Shown in pieces: positions 53,870 to 64,000 of a DNA stretch of 64,000 nucleotides. Location: NCBI GenBank assembly GCA_937889545.1, contig CALAOT010000073.1, positions 56,002 through 120,001 on the forward strand, in the 5' to 3' direction. The translations under genes and the position numbers were made by a program. Within the stretch, counting starts at the first letter, position 1. Each line of letters opens with the position of its first letter. The DNA is from an uncultured Opitutaceae bacterium (GTDB lineage: Bacteria; Verrucomicrobiota; Verrucomicrobiia; Opitutales; Opitutaceae). The notes beneath the pieces are model-generated. The model saw only the letters and a list, made by a program, of their open reading frames with translations, did not search any database and was not told the origin of the DNA.

Positions 53870-54873
53870 GCAAGGACACCTACGCCCTTCCCGAGACCCG
53901 GACCTGGAGGGACATCCCCCAGCAGGTGAAGCCTCGCGCGATGTCGCGAGAGGGGCGCCGACGCGTGGCCATGGGCACGATACGCGCGGCGCTGGGCGCG
54001 GTGGCGCTTGGCGCGGTGGCATGGGGCGCGTGGGAGATGACGGCCGTTCTCCGGGAGAATCCCTCGGCGATGGCCGGGGGAGTCAAGTCAGACCGGGTCC
54101 GCAGCCTGGTTCTCGTCACCGACGGCGTCCTCGACAAGAACTGGCTGGCGCGGACCCTCGCGATTCCCGGCGACGCCACGCTCATGGGTCTCGACCTGAT
54201 CAAGCTGCGCTCCAGGGTCCTCGGAGACGCCCAGGTGAGCTCCGCGACGGTCGGCCGGAACTTCCCCGACACGCTTGTCGTCCGCATCTCCGAGCGGTCG
54301 CCCGTTGCCCGTCTGCTGGCCCAGTCCGGAGGCGACTCTCCCAGGATGCTGCTGGTTGCGAGGGACGGGGTCGCCTTTGCCGGAACGGGCTTCGATGACG
54401 CCATGGTCGCCTCGCTGCCCTGGGTGGACGGCGTCAAGCTCGTCCGCCACGGTGCGTCGATCGCCCCCATAGATGGGATGGCGGCCGTGTCGGGCCTCCT
54501 CGCCTCCGCCAAGCTCGAGGCGGAGAACCTCTACCGCACCTGGCAGGTCGTCTCGCTCGCGCGGCTGGCGTCGGACGGAGAGATCGAGGTCCACACCCGG
54601 GCGGGGATGAGGGTCGTCTTCGGGGCGAACGAGAACTACCTGAGGCAGATCGCCCGGCTCGACCTGCTGATCGACGCCTCCTCGGACCCGACCCGCCCCC
54701 TGCGGGAGGTCAACCTCGCGCTCGGCGCCCAGGTGCCCGTGTCCTATGGGACGGCGGCCCCGACCCTCGGCGAACCGGCTTTTGTCCCGGGGAATACGTC
54801 CCCCGCCCGGCCCTCGGTCGCCCTTCCCGCGTTTTTTTCCAGCTTTCACATCGACACGCATCGTGAGCTCTAG
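53866..54873 (+). CDS. ftsQ: cell division protein FtsQ (TM + POTRA)
   Basis: 335 aa. The ATG overlaps the ddl stop (ATGA). It has a single TM helix (IRAALGAVALGAVAWGAW) and a POTRA-like region (VTDGVLDKNWLARTL...LRSRVLGDAQVSSATVGRNFPDTLVVRISER). Its position in the cluster supports the call. Confidence 0.8.
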   Translation: MSKDTYALPETRTWRDIPQQVKPRAMSREGRRRVAMGTIRAALGAVALGAVAWGAWEMTAVLRENPSAMAGGVKSDRVRSLVLVTDGVLDKNWLARTLAIPGDATLMGLDLIKLRSRVLGDAQVSSATVGRNFPDTLVVRISERSPVARLLAQSGGDSPRMLLVARDGVAFAGTGFDDAMVASLPWVDGVKLVRHGASIAPIDGMAAVSGLLASAKLEAENLYRTWQVVSLARLASDGEIEVHTRAGMRVVFGANENYLRQIARLDLLIDASSDPTRPLREVNLALGAQVPVSYGTAAPTLGEPAFVPGNTSPARPSVALPAFFSSFHIDTHREL

Positions 54874-56077
54874 ATCGACCTTCATCGGGGCAGTTGAGAT
54901 CGGAACGTCAAAAATCGTTGCGCTCGTCGGCGAGTACACCGGCCGCGAGATCGCGATCATCGGGTGCGGGGAGTGCTCGTCCCGGGGCGTCAAGAAGGGC
55001 TCGGTTGTCAATTTCCGGGAGGCGGCCGAGTGCACCCAGACCGCGCTCGAGCTCGCCGAGCGCGACGCGAAGGAGCGGATCGACCACGTCTACCTGGCCC
55101 AGACGGGCGGCCACCTGGAGGGGTTCTACAACGAGGCCACCCTCAACGTTAAGGCGGCGGACAACATGATCGAGAAGGACGACATCCGGACGGTCTGCGA
55201 GCTTGCGAAGGCCAAGGACCTTCCCCTGGGACGAATGGTGGTGCACAACATCCGCCGGCCGTTCCGCGTTGACGGACGGCTGGTCCCCACCTCGCCCGAG
55301 AACCTGGTGGGCCAGAAGCTCGAGGTCGGATACTGGACGGTCCACGGACAGGAGCAGCGGCTCGCCGACAACATCCACGTGATCCGCGGCTCCAACCTTG
55401 AGGTGAGCGAGCTCGTTCTCTCCAGCCTCGCTTCAGGGCACATGGTCACGAGCATGGAGGAGAGGCAGAACGGAGTGCTCGCGATCGACATCGGCGGGGG
55501 AACGACGGACTATGTGCTCTACCGAAACGGCTCTCCGCACACGACCGGCGTTGTGGCTGTCGGGGGGGACCATTTCACGAATGATCTCAGCATCGGGCTC
55601 AGGCTCACCGAGCCCCAGGCCGAGAAGCTCAAGCTCCGGTTCGGCCGCGCGGTCGTCCAGGCACGCGAGAAGAGCGAGAAGGTCTGGCTCGACGGCAACT
55701 TCTCGATCGGCGACAGGCAGTTTCCCCGGCACGCGATCGAGCAGATCACCCACGCCCGGGCCTGGGAGCTCCTGGAGGTGGTAAAGAGGAAGCTCGGGCA
55801 GGCGTTCGCGCCCGAGACGTGCCCCGGAGGTGTCGTCCTCACCGGCGGGGCGGCCAAGCTGCCCTCCCTTGCGGTGTGCGCGGCGAGGATCTTCGGCACC
55901 CCGGCACGGCTCGGCGAGGCCCCGTCCTGGATCAACGAGAACCTCCGCGATCCCGGGTTCCACACGGCGCTGGGGATCCTGTATTACGGGGTGGGAGCCC
56001 AGGGCGACAAGTCCGCGGCAGCCAGCGGCAGGGGCGGCTTCCTGCGTAAAATGACCCGCCTGTTTTCGTCGACGTGA
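54863..56077 (+). CDS. ftsA: cell division protein FtsA
   Basis: The track ORF starts at 54746, inside ftsQ. I prefer the GTG at 54863 (VSSRSTFIGAVEIGTSKIVALVG). It has an actin-like fold, with DIGGGTTD and VLTGGAAKLP. Confidence 0.9.
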   Translation: MSSRSTFIGAVEIGTSKIVALVGEYTGREIAIIGCGECSSRGVKKGSVVNFREAAECTQTALELAERDAKERIDHVYLAQTGGHLEGFYNEATLNVKAADNMIEKDDIRTVCELAKAKDLPLGRMVVHNIRRPFRVDGRLVPTSPENLVGQKLEVGYWTVHGQEQRLADNIHVIRGSNLEVSELVLSSLASGHMVTSMEERQNGVLAIDIGGGTTDYVLYRNGSPHTTGVVAVGGDHFTNDLSIGLRLTEPQAEKLKLRFGRAVVQAREKSEKVWLDGNFSIGDRQFPRHAIEQITHARAWELLEVVKRKLGQAFAPETCPGGVVLTGGAAKLPSLAVCAARIFGTPARLGEAPSWINENLRDPGFHTALGILYYGVGAQGDKSAAASGRGGFLRKMTRLFSST

Positions 56078-57318
56078 ACAACCCCAACGAACTTCCCCTC
56101 GAACACCAGGTCGCTGAAGACCGCAGCGTGGCCATCAAGCTCGTGGGGGTGGGCGGCGCGGGCTCCAACGCGGTGGACCGCCTGAAGATGGAATGCCTTG
56201 AGCGGCTGCAGCTGGCGGTCATCAACACCGACCACCAGGCCCTTTCGAGCTCCCCGGTCCAGGACAAGGTCCTCATAGGCATGGGGACGACGCGCGGCCT
56301 GGGCGCCGGCGGCGATCCCGAGCTGGGGCGCGAGGCGGCCGAGGCCGACCGCGAGAAGATCGCCAACGTCGTCAAGGAGTGCGACCTGGTCTTCCTGATC
56401 GCCGGCATGGGGGGCGGCACGGGCGGCGGCGCCTCGCCTGTCGTCGCCGAGATCGCCGCCGAGCAGGGGGCGCTGGTCATCGCGTTTGTGACGCTCCCGT
56501 TCAGCTTCGAGGGCGGGCGCCGCCTGAGGCAGGCCGAGGAGGGGCTCGCCGCTCTCCGGCGGGTGTGCGACGCCGTCATCCCCCTGCCCAACGACATCCT
56601 TCTCCAGGAGGCCGCCGACGATGAAAGCGTGCTCGATTCATTCTCTCGCGCCGACGAGTGGATCGGAAGGGGAGTCAAGTCCATCTGGTCCATGCTCTCG
56701 AAGACGGGGCTGATCAACGTGGATTTCGCGACGCTGCGCCAGGCCTTCCAGCAGCGCGGGGCCAAGACTCTCTTCGGCCTCGCCGAGGGCGCGGGGGAGA
56801 ACGCGGCCGCAGAGGCGATCGCGAGCCTGAAGCTCTGCCCGCTTCTCCACACCCCGGAGTTCTCGCGCAAGGCGGACCGGCTCCTCGTGAACATCACGGG
56901 TGGGACGGACCTGACGCTCCCCAAGGTGAACGAGATCATGAACGCGATCGCGGACCAATTCGGCCGCGACTCCCATATCATCATGGGCGCGGTGATCGAC
57001 GAGGGGATGCAGGGCCGCGTTGAGATCTCTGTGCTGGGCGCCAGCGACATGGGTACGCGGGGCGCGGTCCCGCGCAGACCCCCCGTTGCGCGGCCGCGGG
57101 GGCCGGCCCCTCGGGCCGAGGAGTCCGCCCCGGCACAAAAGACGCCGCCCGTGCCCGCGCCCCCGGAGGTTGCGGCTGCCAAGCCGACCCAGGAGGAATT
57201 CGGCTTTGGCGAGGTGGAGCATCGCGGGCAGTTCGAGCGCACGGACCGCAACCTTTTTGACGGGCAGGACCTTGACGTTCCGACCTACCTCCGAAGGGGA
57301 ATCAAGATCGCGATTTGA
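56074..57318 (+). CDS. ftsZ: cell division GTPase FtsZ
   Basis: 414 aa. The GTG overlaps the ftsA stop (GTGA). Contains IKLVGVGGAGSNAV, the tubulin signature GMGGGTGGGASPVVAEIA, a Pro-rich linker and the C-terminal peptide DLDVPTYLRRGIK. Confidence 0.96.
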   Translation: MNNPNELPLEHQVAEDRSVAIKLVGVGGAGSNAVDRLKMECLERLQLAVINTDHQALSSSPVQDKVLIGMGTTRGLGAGGDPELGREAAEADREKIANVVKECDLVFLIAGMGGGTGGGASPVVAEIAAEQGALVIAFVTLPFSFEGGRRLRQAEEGLAALRRVCDAVIPLPNDILLQEAADDESVLDSFSRADEWIGRGVKSIWSMLSKTGLINVDFATLRQAFQQRGAKTLFGLAEGAGENAAAEAIASLKLCPLLHTPEFSRKADRLLVNITGGTDLTLPKVNEIMNAIADQFGRDSHIIMGAVIDEGMQGRVEISVLGASDMGTRGAVPRRPPVARPRGPAPRAEESAPAQKTPPVPAPPEVAAAKPTQEEFGFGEVEHRGQFERTDRNLFDGQDLDVPTYLRRGIKIAI

Positions 57319-57346
57319 TCGCCCGCGGTATTTCGGTAGCTTCTGA

Positions 57347-58387
<1,041 letters not shown>

Positions 58388-58422
58388 GGCAAACTTCAGT
58401 CACAGTGGCCACAACGTCGGCA

Positions 58423-59010
58423 ATGTCCCCCGAGAACCGTTCGCTGCTCATGCGGGCGAACCGCCTGCTGGGCACGTCGCTCGTCGAGCACAACCTTGTG
58501 AAGGTTGAGGACCTGGAGAAGGCAAACGAGCGCCTGCTCGAGCTCATCGCAACGAACCAGCCGCGTCAGGCGACAGTCCTCGGCGTCCTTGCCTACGAGA
58601 TCAAGGCGTTTAGGGAAGAGGATGTCCTGCAGCATATTGTGGAAACCGAGGGCCTCGGCCTCGTTGACCTGCGCGCCTACGACCCTCCGGACGAAATCAA
58701 GAAGGGTCTGGACTTGGACGCCTGCTGGGCGACCTGGTCGGTGCCCTTCGACCTGGAGGAGGACTTCATGTTCATCGCCTCGGCGTATTACCTGAGCCCG
58801 GCTGTGCGCACGTACTGGGAAAAGCGCTTTGCGGGCCCCCTGCTCTGGTATGGGACAACGCTGGAAGGAATCGGTGAGCAGCTCGACCGCCTCGCCGATT
58901 CCACGGGCTACAAGGCGGCCGACCCGACCCTCCATGAGCCCTCGGTGGGCCAGGGCACCCAAGGTTCCCGGCCGCCGATACCGCCGGCCGCGGTGAAGAA
59001 ATCCGCCTGA
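58423..59010 (+). CDS. stand-alone T2SSE_N (GspE/PilB N-terminal)-like domain protein
   Basis: The ATG at 58423 lies within track ORF 58285..59010 and gives 195 aa. [25 protein letters not shown]...[54 protein letters not shown] resembles the N-terminal domain of secretion ATPases. The call is weak and made by eye only. Confidence 0.5.
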   Translation: MSPENRSLLMRANRLLGTSLVEHNLVKVEDLEKANERLLELIATNQPRQATVLGVLAYEIKAFREEDVLQHIVETEGLGLVDLRAYDPPDEIKKGLDLDACWATWSVPFDLEEDFMFIASAYYLSPAVRTYWEKRFAGPLLWYGTTLEGIGEQLDRLADSTGYKAADPTLHEPSVGQGTQGSRPPIPPAAVKKSA

Positions 59011-59026
59011 CAGACTCCGACCCCAC

Positions 59027-60739
59027 ATGCCATTAGGCAAAGTCCAGTCCCAGATCGTCGCAAAGCTCATCTCGATGGGCCGGCTTACCGCCGAACAGCG
59101 CGATCAGATCGCGGCCCGCCCGCAGGACCTGAACGGCGACGCGCTCGACCGGCTGCTGCAGGAGGACTACAAGATAACCCCCTTCCAGTGCCTCGTCGCG
59201 AAGGGAAGGGCGCTCGGCCTGGCCCCCTTCAACGTCTCCCACTACAAGGTCTCGAACTCGACGTTTGAACGGATCCCCCTGGATTTCTGCAAGGAGAACC
59301 TCGTCATTCCAGTCGGCCAGGTGGGAGACCTCCTCTTGGTGGCCTTCGCAAACCCGTTCGAGGTCACCCTTCCGGCAAAGATCCAGGAGATGACCGGCAT
59401 GCACGTCGTCCGGATGCTCGCCCGGGAGAAGGAAATCAAGGACAAGTTCAGCAAGGGGAGCGACGAGTCCGGTGGATTTGACGACGTCGTCCAGAAGATC
59501 GGCGTCGAGTATGGCACGACGGCGGACACAGAGGCCATCTCGGACACCGACGTCAACGAGGAGTCGGGCCCGATCATCCAGCTCGGCAACCGCATCATCG
59601 AGGACGCCTATTTCGGGGGGGCGAGCGACATCCATATAGAGCCGCAGGAGAAGGATGTCATCGTGCGGTACCGGATCGATGGGTTGTGCCAGGAAAAGCT
59701 CCGGCTGCCGGTCAAGGTGGGCCCGGCTCTTGTCGCCCGGCTCAAGATCATGTGCAACCTGGACATCTCGGAGCGGAGGCTCCCCCAGGACGGCCGTATC
59801 GTCTTCAAGCAGTACACCAAGAAGAACCTCGATCTGGACTTGCGCGTCTCGACCGCCCCCCTGAACCACGGCGAAGGGGTGGTCATGCGCATCCTGGACA
59901 AGCAGAAGAGCACGCTGCCGCTGACGGCGCTCGGTTTCACCGAGGCGAACCTGGCGAAATACCGCGAGTGCATCCGCCAGCCCTACGGCATGATCCTGCA
60001 CTGCGGGCCCACGGGATCAGGCAAGTCGATGACGCTCTACTCGGCGCTCAACGAGATCAACAGCCCCGAGCTCGTCATCCGCACGGCCGAGGACCCGATC
60101 GAGTACACGCTCGCCGGAATCAACCAGATGCAGATGCACCGGCAGATCGGGCTCACCTTCGCGACGGCGCTCAGGTCGTTCCTGCGCCAGGATCCCGACA
60201 TTATACTCGTGGGTGAAATCCGCGACGTCGAGACCGCGGAAATCGCGGTCGAGGCGGCGCTCACGGGCCACTTGCTCCTCTCGACCCTTCACACCAATGA
60301 CGCGCCCTCCGCCATCGCGCGTCTGACGGACATGGACATCGAGCCGTTCATGATCTCCTCGTCAGTCCTGTGCATCTGCGCCCAGCGCCTGATGCGTCGC
60401 GTGTGCAAGCAGTGCAAGATCCAGTACGATCCGAAGGGGCGGGAGAAGGAGATCCTGGAAAAGGCGATCGGGTGGAGCGGGCCGATCTTCAAGCACAACG
60501 CCCGGGGCTGCCCGAAGTGCTCCGGGAGCGGCTATCGCGGGCGCGTCGGCATCCATGAGCTGATGACCGTGAGCGAGGAACTGATCGATGGCATCAACAG
60601 GAAGGTGGAGACGTCCGAATTGAAGAAGATCGCTGTGCGCCACGACATGAAGACCCTGCACCAGGACAGCCTGATCAAGGTGAAGGAAGGCGTCTCGACG
60701 ATCGAGGAGGCGATTGCCACGGTCCCGCCGGATCTGTGA
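59027..60739 (+). CDS. type IV pilus / type II secretion assembly ATPase (PilB/GspE family)
   Basis: 570 aa. It has a T2SSE_N domain, the Walker A motif CGPTGSGKS, the Asp box/Walker B ILVGEIRD, the His box [10 protein letters not shown] and the tetracysteine cluster CKQCK...[12 protein letters not shown]. Confidence 0.9.
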   Translation: MPLGKVQSQIVAKLISMGRLTAEQRDQIAARPQDLNGDALDRLLQEDYKITPFQCLVAKGRALGLAPFNVSHYKVSNSTFERIPLDFCKENLVIPVGQVGDLLLVAFANPFEVTLPAKIQEMTGMHVVRMLAREKEIKDKFSKGSDESGGFDDVVQKIGVEYGTTADTEAISDTDVNEESGPIIQLGNRIIEDAYFGGASDIHIEPQEKDVIVRYRIDGLCQEKLRLPVKVGPALVARLKIMCNLDISERRLPQDGRIVFKQYTKKNLDLDLRVSTAPLNHGEGVVMRILDKQKSTLPLTALGFTEANLAKYRECIRQPYGMILHCGPTGSGKSMTLYSALNEINSPELVIRTAEDPIEYTLAGINQMQMHRQIGLTFATALRSFLRQDPDIILVGEIRDVETAEIAVEAALTGHLLLSTLHTNDAPSAIARLTDMDIEPFMISSSVLCICAQRLMRRVCKQCKIQYDPKGREKEILEKAIGWSGPIFKHNARGCPKCSGSGYRGRVGIHELMTVSEELIDGINRKVETSELKKIAVRHDMKTLHQDSLIKVKEGVSTIEEAIATVPPDL

Positions 60740-61236
60740 TGATATCCCGCGTGGCCCTGTTTTCGGCGGCGGCGCTCGCCCTCGCGGGCTGCCGCGCGAG
60801 GGAGATTACGTCCCTGCAGCGCATGGAGGCGGCCAACGTGCTGAGCGAGGCTAAGTTTGCGGTGATGATGCGTGACTGGAAGAGGGCGGAGGGACTGTAC
60901 GCCAAGGCCGCGGACCTGTGCCCCGACGCCGGCGACTCCTGGCTGAACCTGGGCATGGTCCGGATGCATCTCGACGACCGCAATGGCGCCCGGTCCGCCT
61001 ACAAGTCCGCGCTTTCCGCCTACAAGGCCGATTACGACCGGGATCCGGCGAACTCCCAGGCCATGGTTCGCCGGGCCTATGTCCTGGTCATCCTGGGACG
61101 CACAGAGGAGGCCCGGGCCGCCGTGGAGAAGGCGCGCTCGAGGCGCCCCGAGGACTGGCGCTTGCGCAGCTTTGTCGAGAATCACGGGGTGGACGGGCTT
61201 CTCCTGGATCCCGGGTTGAAAGAAATCACGCCCTAA
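60736..61236 (+). CDS. TPR-repeat lipoprotein
   Basis: 166 aa. The start (GTG 60736 or ATG 60739) overlaps the ATPase stop. It has the lipobox ALALAGC and TPR-like repeats ([25 protein letters not shown]...[12 protein letters not shown]). Confidence 0.72.
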   Translation: MMISRVALFSAAALALAGCRAREITSLQRMEAANVLSEAKFAVMMRDWKRAEGLYAKAADLCPDAGDSWLNLGMVRMHLDDRNGARSAYKSALSAYKADYDRDPANSQAMVRRAYVLVILGRTEEARAAVEKARSRRPEDWRLRSFVENHGVDGLLLDPGLKEITP

Positions 61237-61245
61237 GCAGGGACC

Positions 61246-61899
61246 GTGCACGGCTACTGGGCACAGTTCCTCAAGGTCGCGGTCGCTCACCTGCTGGCCG
61301 TCGCTAGCCCGGGGCCCGATTTTGCGATGGTGGTGCGCCAGAGCATTGCGCACGGGCGGCGCGCCGCGGTGTGGACCAGCATTGGCATCGGGAGCGCCAT
61401 CCTCCTGCACGTCGCCTACTCGCTCCTGGGAATCGGGATACTCCTGATGAGCTCCCGTGCCGCGTTCACGGTTGTGAAGTTCGCCGGCGCCGGCTACCTC
61501 GCGTGGATCGGCTTCAAGGCGCTCGCAAGCCGCCCCGGGCGCGAATTGTCCGCGGCGCCGGCGGGGGCCGAGGCGGTGCTTTCGCGGCCCGCGCAACCCG
61601 CGCCTCGCGAGGCATGGGCGACCGGTTTCCTGACGAACGCCCTCAACCCCAAGGCCACGCTGTTCTTCGTCGCCGTTTTCGCGACTGTGATCGACCCGGC
61701 GACCCCCAAAGTGATCCAGGGGGCCTACGGGCTGTGGATGTCGGCCGCCACGATGGCCTGGTTCTCCATGGTTTCGGTGCTCTTCACGCGAGAGCAGGTG
61801 AGGCGCGCCTTCCTGAGGGGCGGCCACTGGATTGACAGGGCCATGGGCGCCGTGCTCATAGGCCTGGCCGCCGCGCTCGCGCTCGCGACCGCGCGCTGA
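61246..61899 (+). CDS. LysE/RhtB-family amino-acid exporter
   Basis: 217 aa with a GTG start. Contains AVASPGPDFAMVVRQSIAHGRRAA, FLTNALNPKATLFFVAVF and six hydrophobic segments. Confidence 0.87.
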   Translation: MHGYWAQFLKVAVAHLLAVASPGPDFAMVVRQSIAHGRRAAVWTSIGIGSAILLHVAYSLLGIGILLMSSRAAFTVVKFAGAGYLAWIGFKALASRPGRELSAAPAGAEAVLSRPAQPAPREAWATGFLTNALNPKATLFFVAVFATVIDPATPKVIQGAYGLWMSAATMAWFSMVSVLFTREQVRRAFLRGGHWIDRAMGAVLIGLAAALALATAR

Positions 61900-61930
61900 C
61901 CCGGGCGGGGGGGCCGGGCCGGCTGCGGCG

Positions 61931-63013
61931 CTAGGCGTAGACGCCGCCGCCGAGAAGACGGTCGCCCTCGTAGAGCGCCAGCACCTGTCCTGCCGCCAGG
62001 GCGCGCTGCGGCCTCTCGAAATGGACGAGCGCCGTCCCGTCGCCTTCGGGGACGAAGCGGATCGGGACGCGGGGATCGCGGTAGCGTACGCGGCCCTCGA
62101 GGGCGCGCGCCCCCGGGACCGGCCCGCCCGTCCAACTGAGCGAATGGACGCGAACCTGGGACTGGAAGAGGCCGGGCGCGTCGGGATGGTCGAATCCGAC
62201 AAGCAGGGCATTGTCGGCCATGCGCTTACCGACGACGACATAGCGCTCGTGGTTGGCGTTGGACGGGACGCCGATGCCCCTTCGCTGGCCGAGAGTGTAA
62301 TAGTGCAGCCCGCGATGGCGGCCGAGCTCGCGGCCGTCCGAGGCGCGGACGATGGGGCCCGGCCTTTCCGGAACGTGGGCCCGCAGGAAATCGCCCATCC
62401 GCACTTCGCCGATGAAGCAGATGCCCTGGCTGTCCCTCTTGTCGGCCGTCGCGAGGCCCGCGTCCCTTGCGATCCGCCGAAGCTCCGGCTTCTCGAGGTC
62501 GCCGACGGGAAAGCGCGCGTCGCGGAGCTGGTCCTGCCCGAGGAGCGAGAGGAAATACGTCTGGTCCTTGTTGCGGTCCGCGCCCTCGAATACCTCAACG
62601 GAGCCTGAGTCGGCGATGCGGCGCCGCGCATAATGCCCCGTTGCCACGGCCGAAAACCCGTTCTCCAGCGCCCATGTGCGGAACACACCGAACTTGATCT
62701 CGCGGTTGCACATGATGTCGGGATTCGGGGTGAGGCCGCGCCCGTAGCCGTCGAGGAGGTACTGGACGACCTTCTCGCGGTAGTCCCGCATGAGGTTGAC
62801 GACCTGGAACCCGATCCCGATCTGCCCGGCGACGCGCCTGGCGTCCTCGATGTCCTCCATCCAGGGGCAATGGCCAACCGCGCCGTCCTCGTTGATCCAG
62901 TTCTTCATGTACGCCCCGGCAACGTCGCACCCCTGCCTCTTGAGAAGGAGCGCGGCGACCGAACTGTCGACGCCGCCGGACATGGCGACGAGGATTCGTT
63001 CAGGCGCTTGCAC
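61931..63013 (-). CDS. mnmA: tRNA 2-thiouridine(34) synthase
   Basis: 360 aa. Contains the PP-loop [31 protein letters not shown] and KDQTYFL. Confidence 0.95.
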   Translation of the reverse strand: MQAPERILVAMSGGVDSSVAALLLKRQGCDVAGAYMKNWINEDGAVGHCPWMEDIEDARRVAGQIGIGFQVVNLMRDYREKVVQYLLDGYGRGLTPNPDIMCNREIKFGVFRTWALENGFSAVATGHYARRRIADSGSVEVFEGADRNKDQTYFLSLLGQDQLRDARFPVGDLEKPELRRIARDAGLATADKRDSQGICFIGEVRMGDFLRAHVPERPGPIVRASDGRELGRHRGLHYYTLGQRRGIGVPSNANHERYVVVGKRMADNALLVGFDHPDAPGLFQSQVRVHSLSWTGGPVPGARALEGRVRYRDPRVPIRFVPEGDGTALVHFERPQRALAAGQVLALYEGDRLLGGGVYA

Positions 63014-63058
63014 GGCATCCCAACGACGGGCCGCTACACGGCCCCTGTCAACCCAACG

Positions 63059-63922
63059 TCAGGCGGCTGGCGATTCGCTGGGGGCGTGCTCAAGCCTCGG
63101 CGTGAGGGCTTCCTCGTGAGAGTCGGCGTCCAGCGCGCCCCGCCCTTGGGAGAACTCGTCGTCCTCGACCGGAAACTCCCGCAGGAAGCTCGAGTACTCG
63201 ACGAGCTCGTAACGGCCGTCCCAGTGCTCAACGATCGCGGTCAGCGACTCGATCCAGTCGCCGGAGTTGAGGTAGTGGATCTCGCCGAGCATCTTGTCGG
63301 CGGGCGTGTGGATGTGGCCGCACATGACGCCCGCGCAGCCGCGGGAACGGGCGAGCTCGGCGATATGGCCCTCGAAGTTTGAAACATGGCTGACCGCGGA
63401 CTTGACGCGGGCCTTGATCGCCCTGCTCAGAGACCAGTACTCCAGGCGGCGCCAGGACCGCCAGACATTGTAGGCGCGGTTGATCCCGAGAAGCGTTCGG
63501 TATCCCCAGTCGCCCAGGTGAGCGAGGAAGACGAGGTTCTTCGTCACCGTGTCGAACACGTCGCCGTGGAGCACGAGATAGCGGCCCCTGACGCCCTCGT
63601 GCACGTACTCGTCGGCGATCAGCAGGTTCTCGAATTCAAGCGGGAGGAACTTGGAGAGGATGTCGTCGTGGTTTCCCCGGAGGTACACGATCTGCGTGTC
63701 CCGCTTCTCGAGCATCTTCAGCACGATTCGGATGAAGTGGGTGTGCGCCTTCGTCCACTGCCCGTGTCGCCTCAGTTGCCAGCCGTCGATGATGTCGCCG
63801 TTCAAGACGAGTTTCTCGCAGCGGACGTGCCGGAGAAAGTGGTTCACCTCGGCGACCTTGGAATCAACGGTTCCCAGGTGGATGTCGGATATGATGACGG
63901 TCCTTACGCGGAGTCTTTTCAC
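63059..63922 (-). CDS. LpxH/YbbF-type metallophosphoesterase (probable UDP-2,3-diacylglucosamine diphosphatase)
   Basis: 287 aa with a GTG start. Calcineurin-like motifs are present: VIISDIHLG, LNGDIIDGW, LRGNHDD, VLHGD and CGHIH. Confidence 0.75.
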   Translation of the reverse strand: MKRLRVRTVIISDIHLGTVDSKVAEVNHFLRHVRCEKLVLNGDIIDGWQLRRHGQWTKAHTHFIRIVLKMLEKRDTQIVYLRGNHDDILSKFLPLEFENLLIADEYVHEGVRGRYLVLHGDVFDTVTKNLVFLAHLGDWGYRTLLGINRAYNVWRSWRRLEYWSLSRAIKARVKSAVSHVSNFEGHIAELARSRGCAGVMCGHIHTPADKMLGEIHYLNSGDWIESLTAIVEHWDGRYELVEYSSFLREFPVEDDEFSQGRGALDADSHEEALTPRLEHAPSESPAA

Positions 63923-64000
63923 GGGAACTGCAGGGCGAATCCCGCAGCGGAACGGTCTTCGGCGGGGACGATTGCCGCGCAGTCCGCCGGCACGATTAAC
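63919..64000 (-). CDS. 3' end of an unidentified upstream gene (partial)
   Basis: Hand translation of the minus strand gives ...LIVPADCAAIVPAEDRSAAGFALQFP*, with its TGA overlapping the GTG of the phosphoesterase gene (GTGA). It is too short to assign a product. Confidence 0.35.
   Translation of the reverse strand, partial: LIVPADCAAIVPAEDRSAAGFALQFP

Noticed and set aside
60532-62877. 781-aa minus-strand ORF spanning the ATPase 3' end, the TPR gene, the LysE gene and most of mnmA
   Set aside because: Its composition is dominated by R/S/A/P/G with no recognisable motif. It overlaps four well-supported genes, including a different minus-strand frame (mnmA) with a clear PP-loop.

Overview
This is a visibly GC-rich bacterial chromosome segment (GC not computed). 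It is almost fully coding, and I recognised no rRNA, tRNA, CRISPR array, transposase or integrase. The gene content suggests Verrucomicrobiota (Opitutae-like), by inference only: an lpxC-fabZ fusion, a murC-murB fusion, a complete dcw cluster with ftsZ, beta-propeller hybrid sensor kinases and many glycoside hydrolases. Layout: 0-14 kb is housekeeping (YihY-like, argS, nucleoside phosphorylase, rlmI, efp, lpxC/fabZ, hisI, yebC, a REC protein coupled to modA, a ROK kinase and a transglutaminase-like protein). 14-23.5 kb is a tightly coupled DeoR-controlled sugar operon (class I aldolase, Gfo/Idh/MocA oxidoreductase, lyxose/mannose-isomerase-type cupin, PfkB kinase, GH2) plus a Tat-exported GH116. 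23.8-29.8 kb holds two hybrid histidine kinases and a LuxR-type regulator. 29.9-31.1 kb is the most unusual part: a small ORF with a Cys-rich C-terminus and a signal-peptide-like leader, 40 nt upstream of a minimal stand-alone YcaO-domain protein. I propose this as an undescribed RiPP-type system. 31.3-37.9 kb has a DUF2934 protein, an 813-aa orphan protein and a 1228-aa GH2 with discoidin modules. 38.0-57.3 kb is a canonical dcw cluster (mraZ to ftsZ) preceded by four phased TGGG boxes. 57.3-64 kb has obgE, a T2SSE_N-like protein, a PilB/GspE ATPase, a TPR lipoprotein, a LysE exporter, mnmA and an LpxH-like phosphoesterase. All product calls come from motif recognition in the supplied or hand-made translations. 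No database search or HMM was run. Many start codons are chosen by homology logic and by start/stop overlap, and they are uncertain by tens of codons in several cases.
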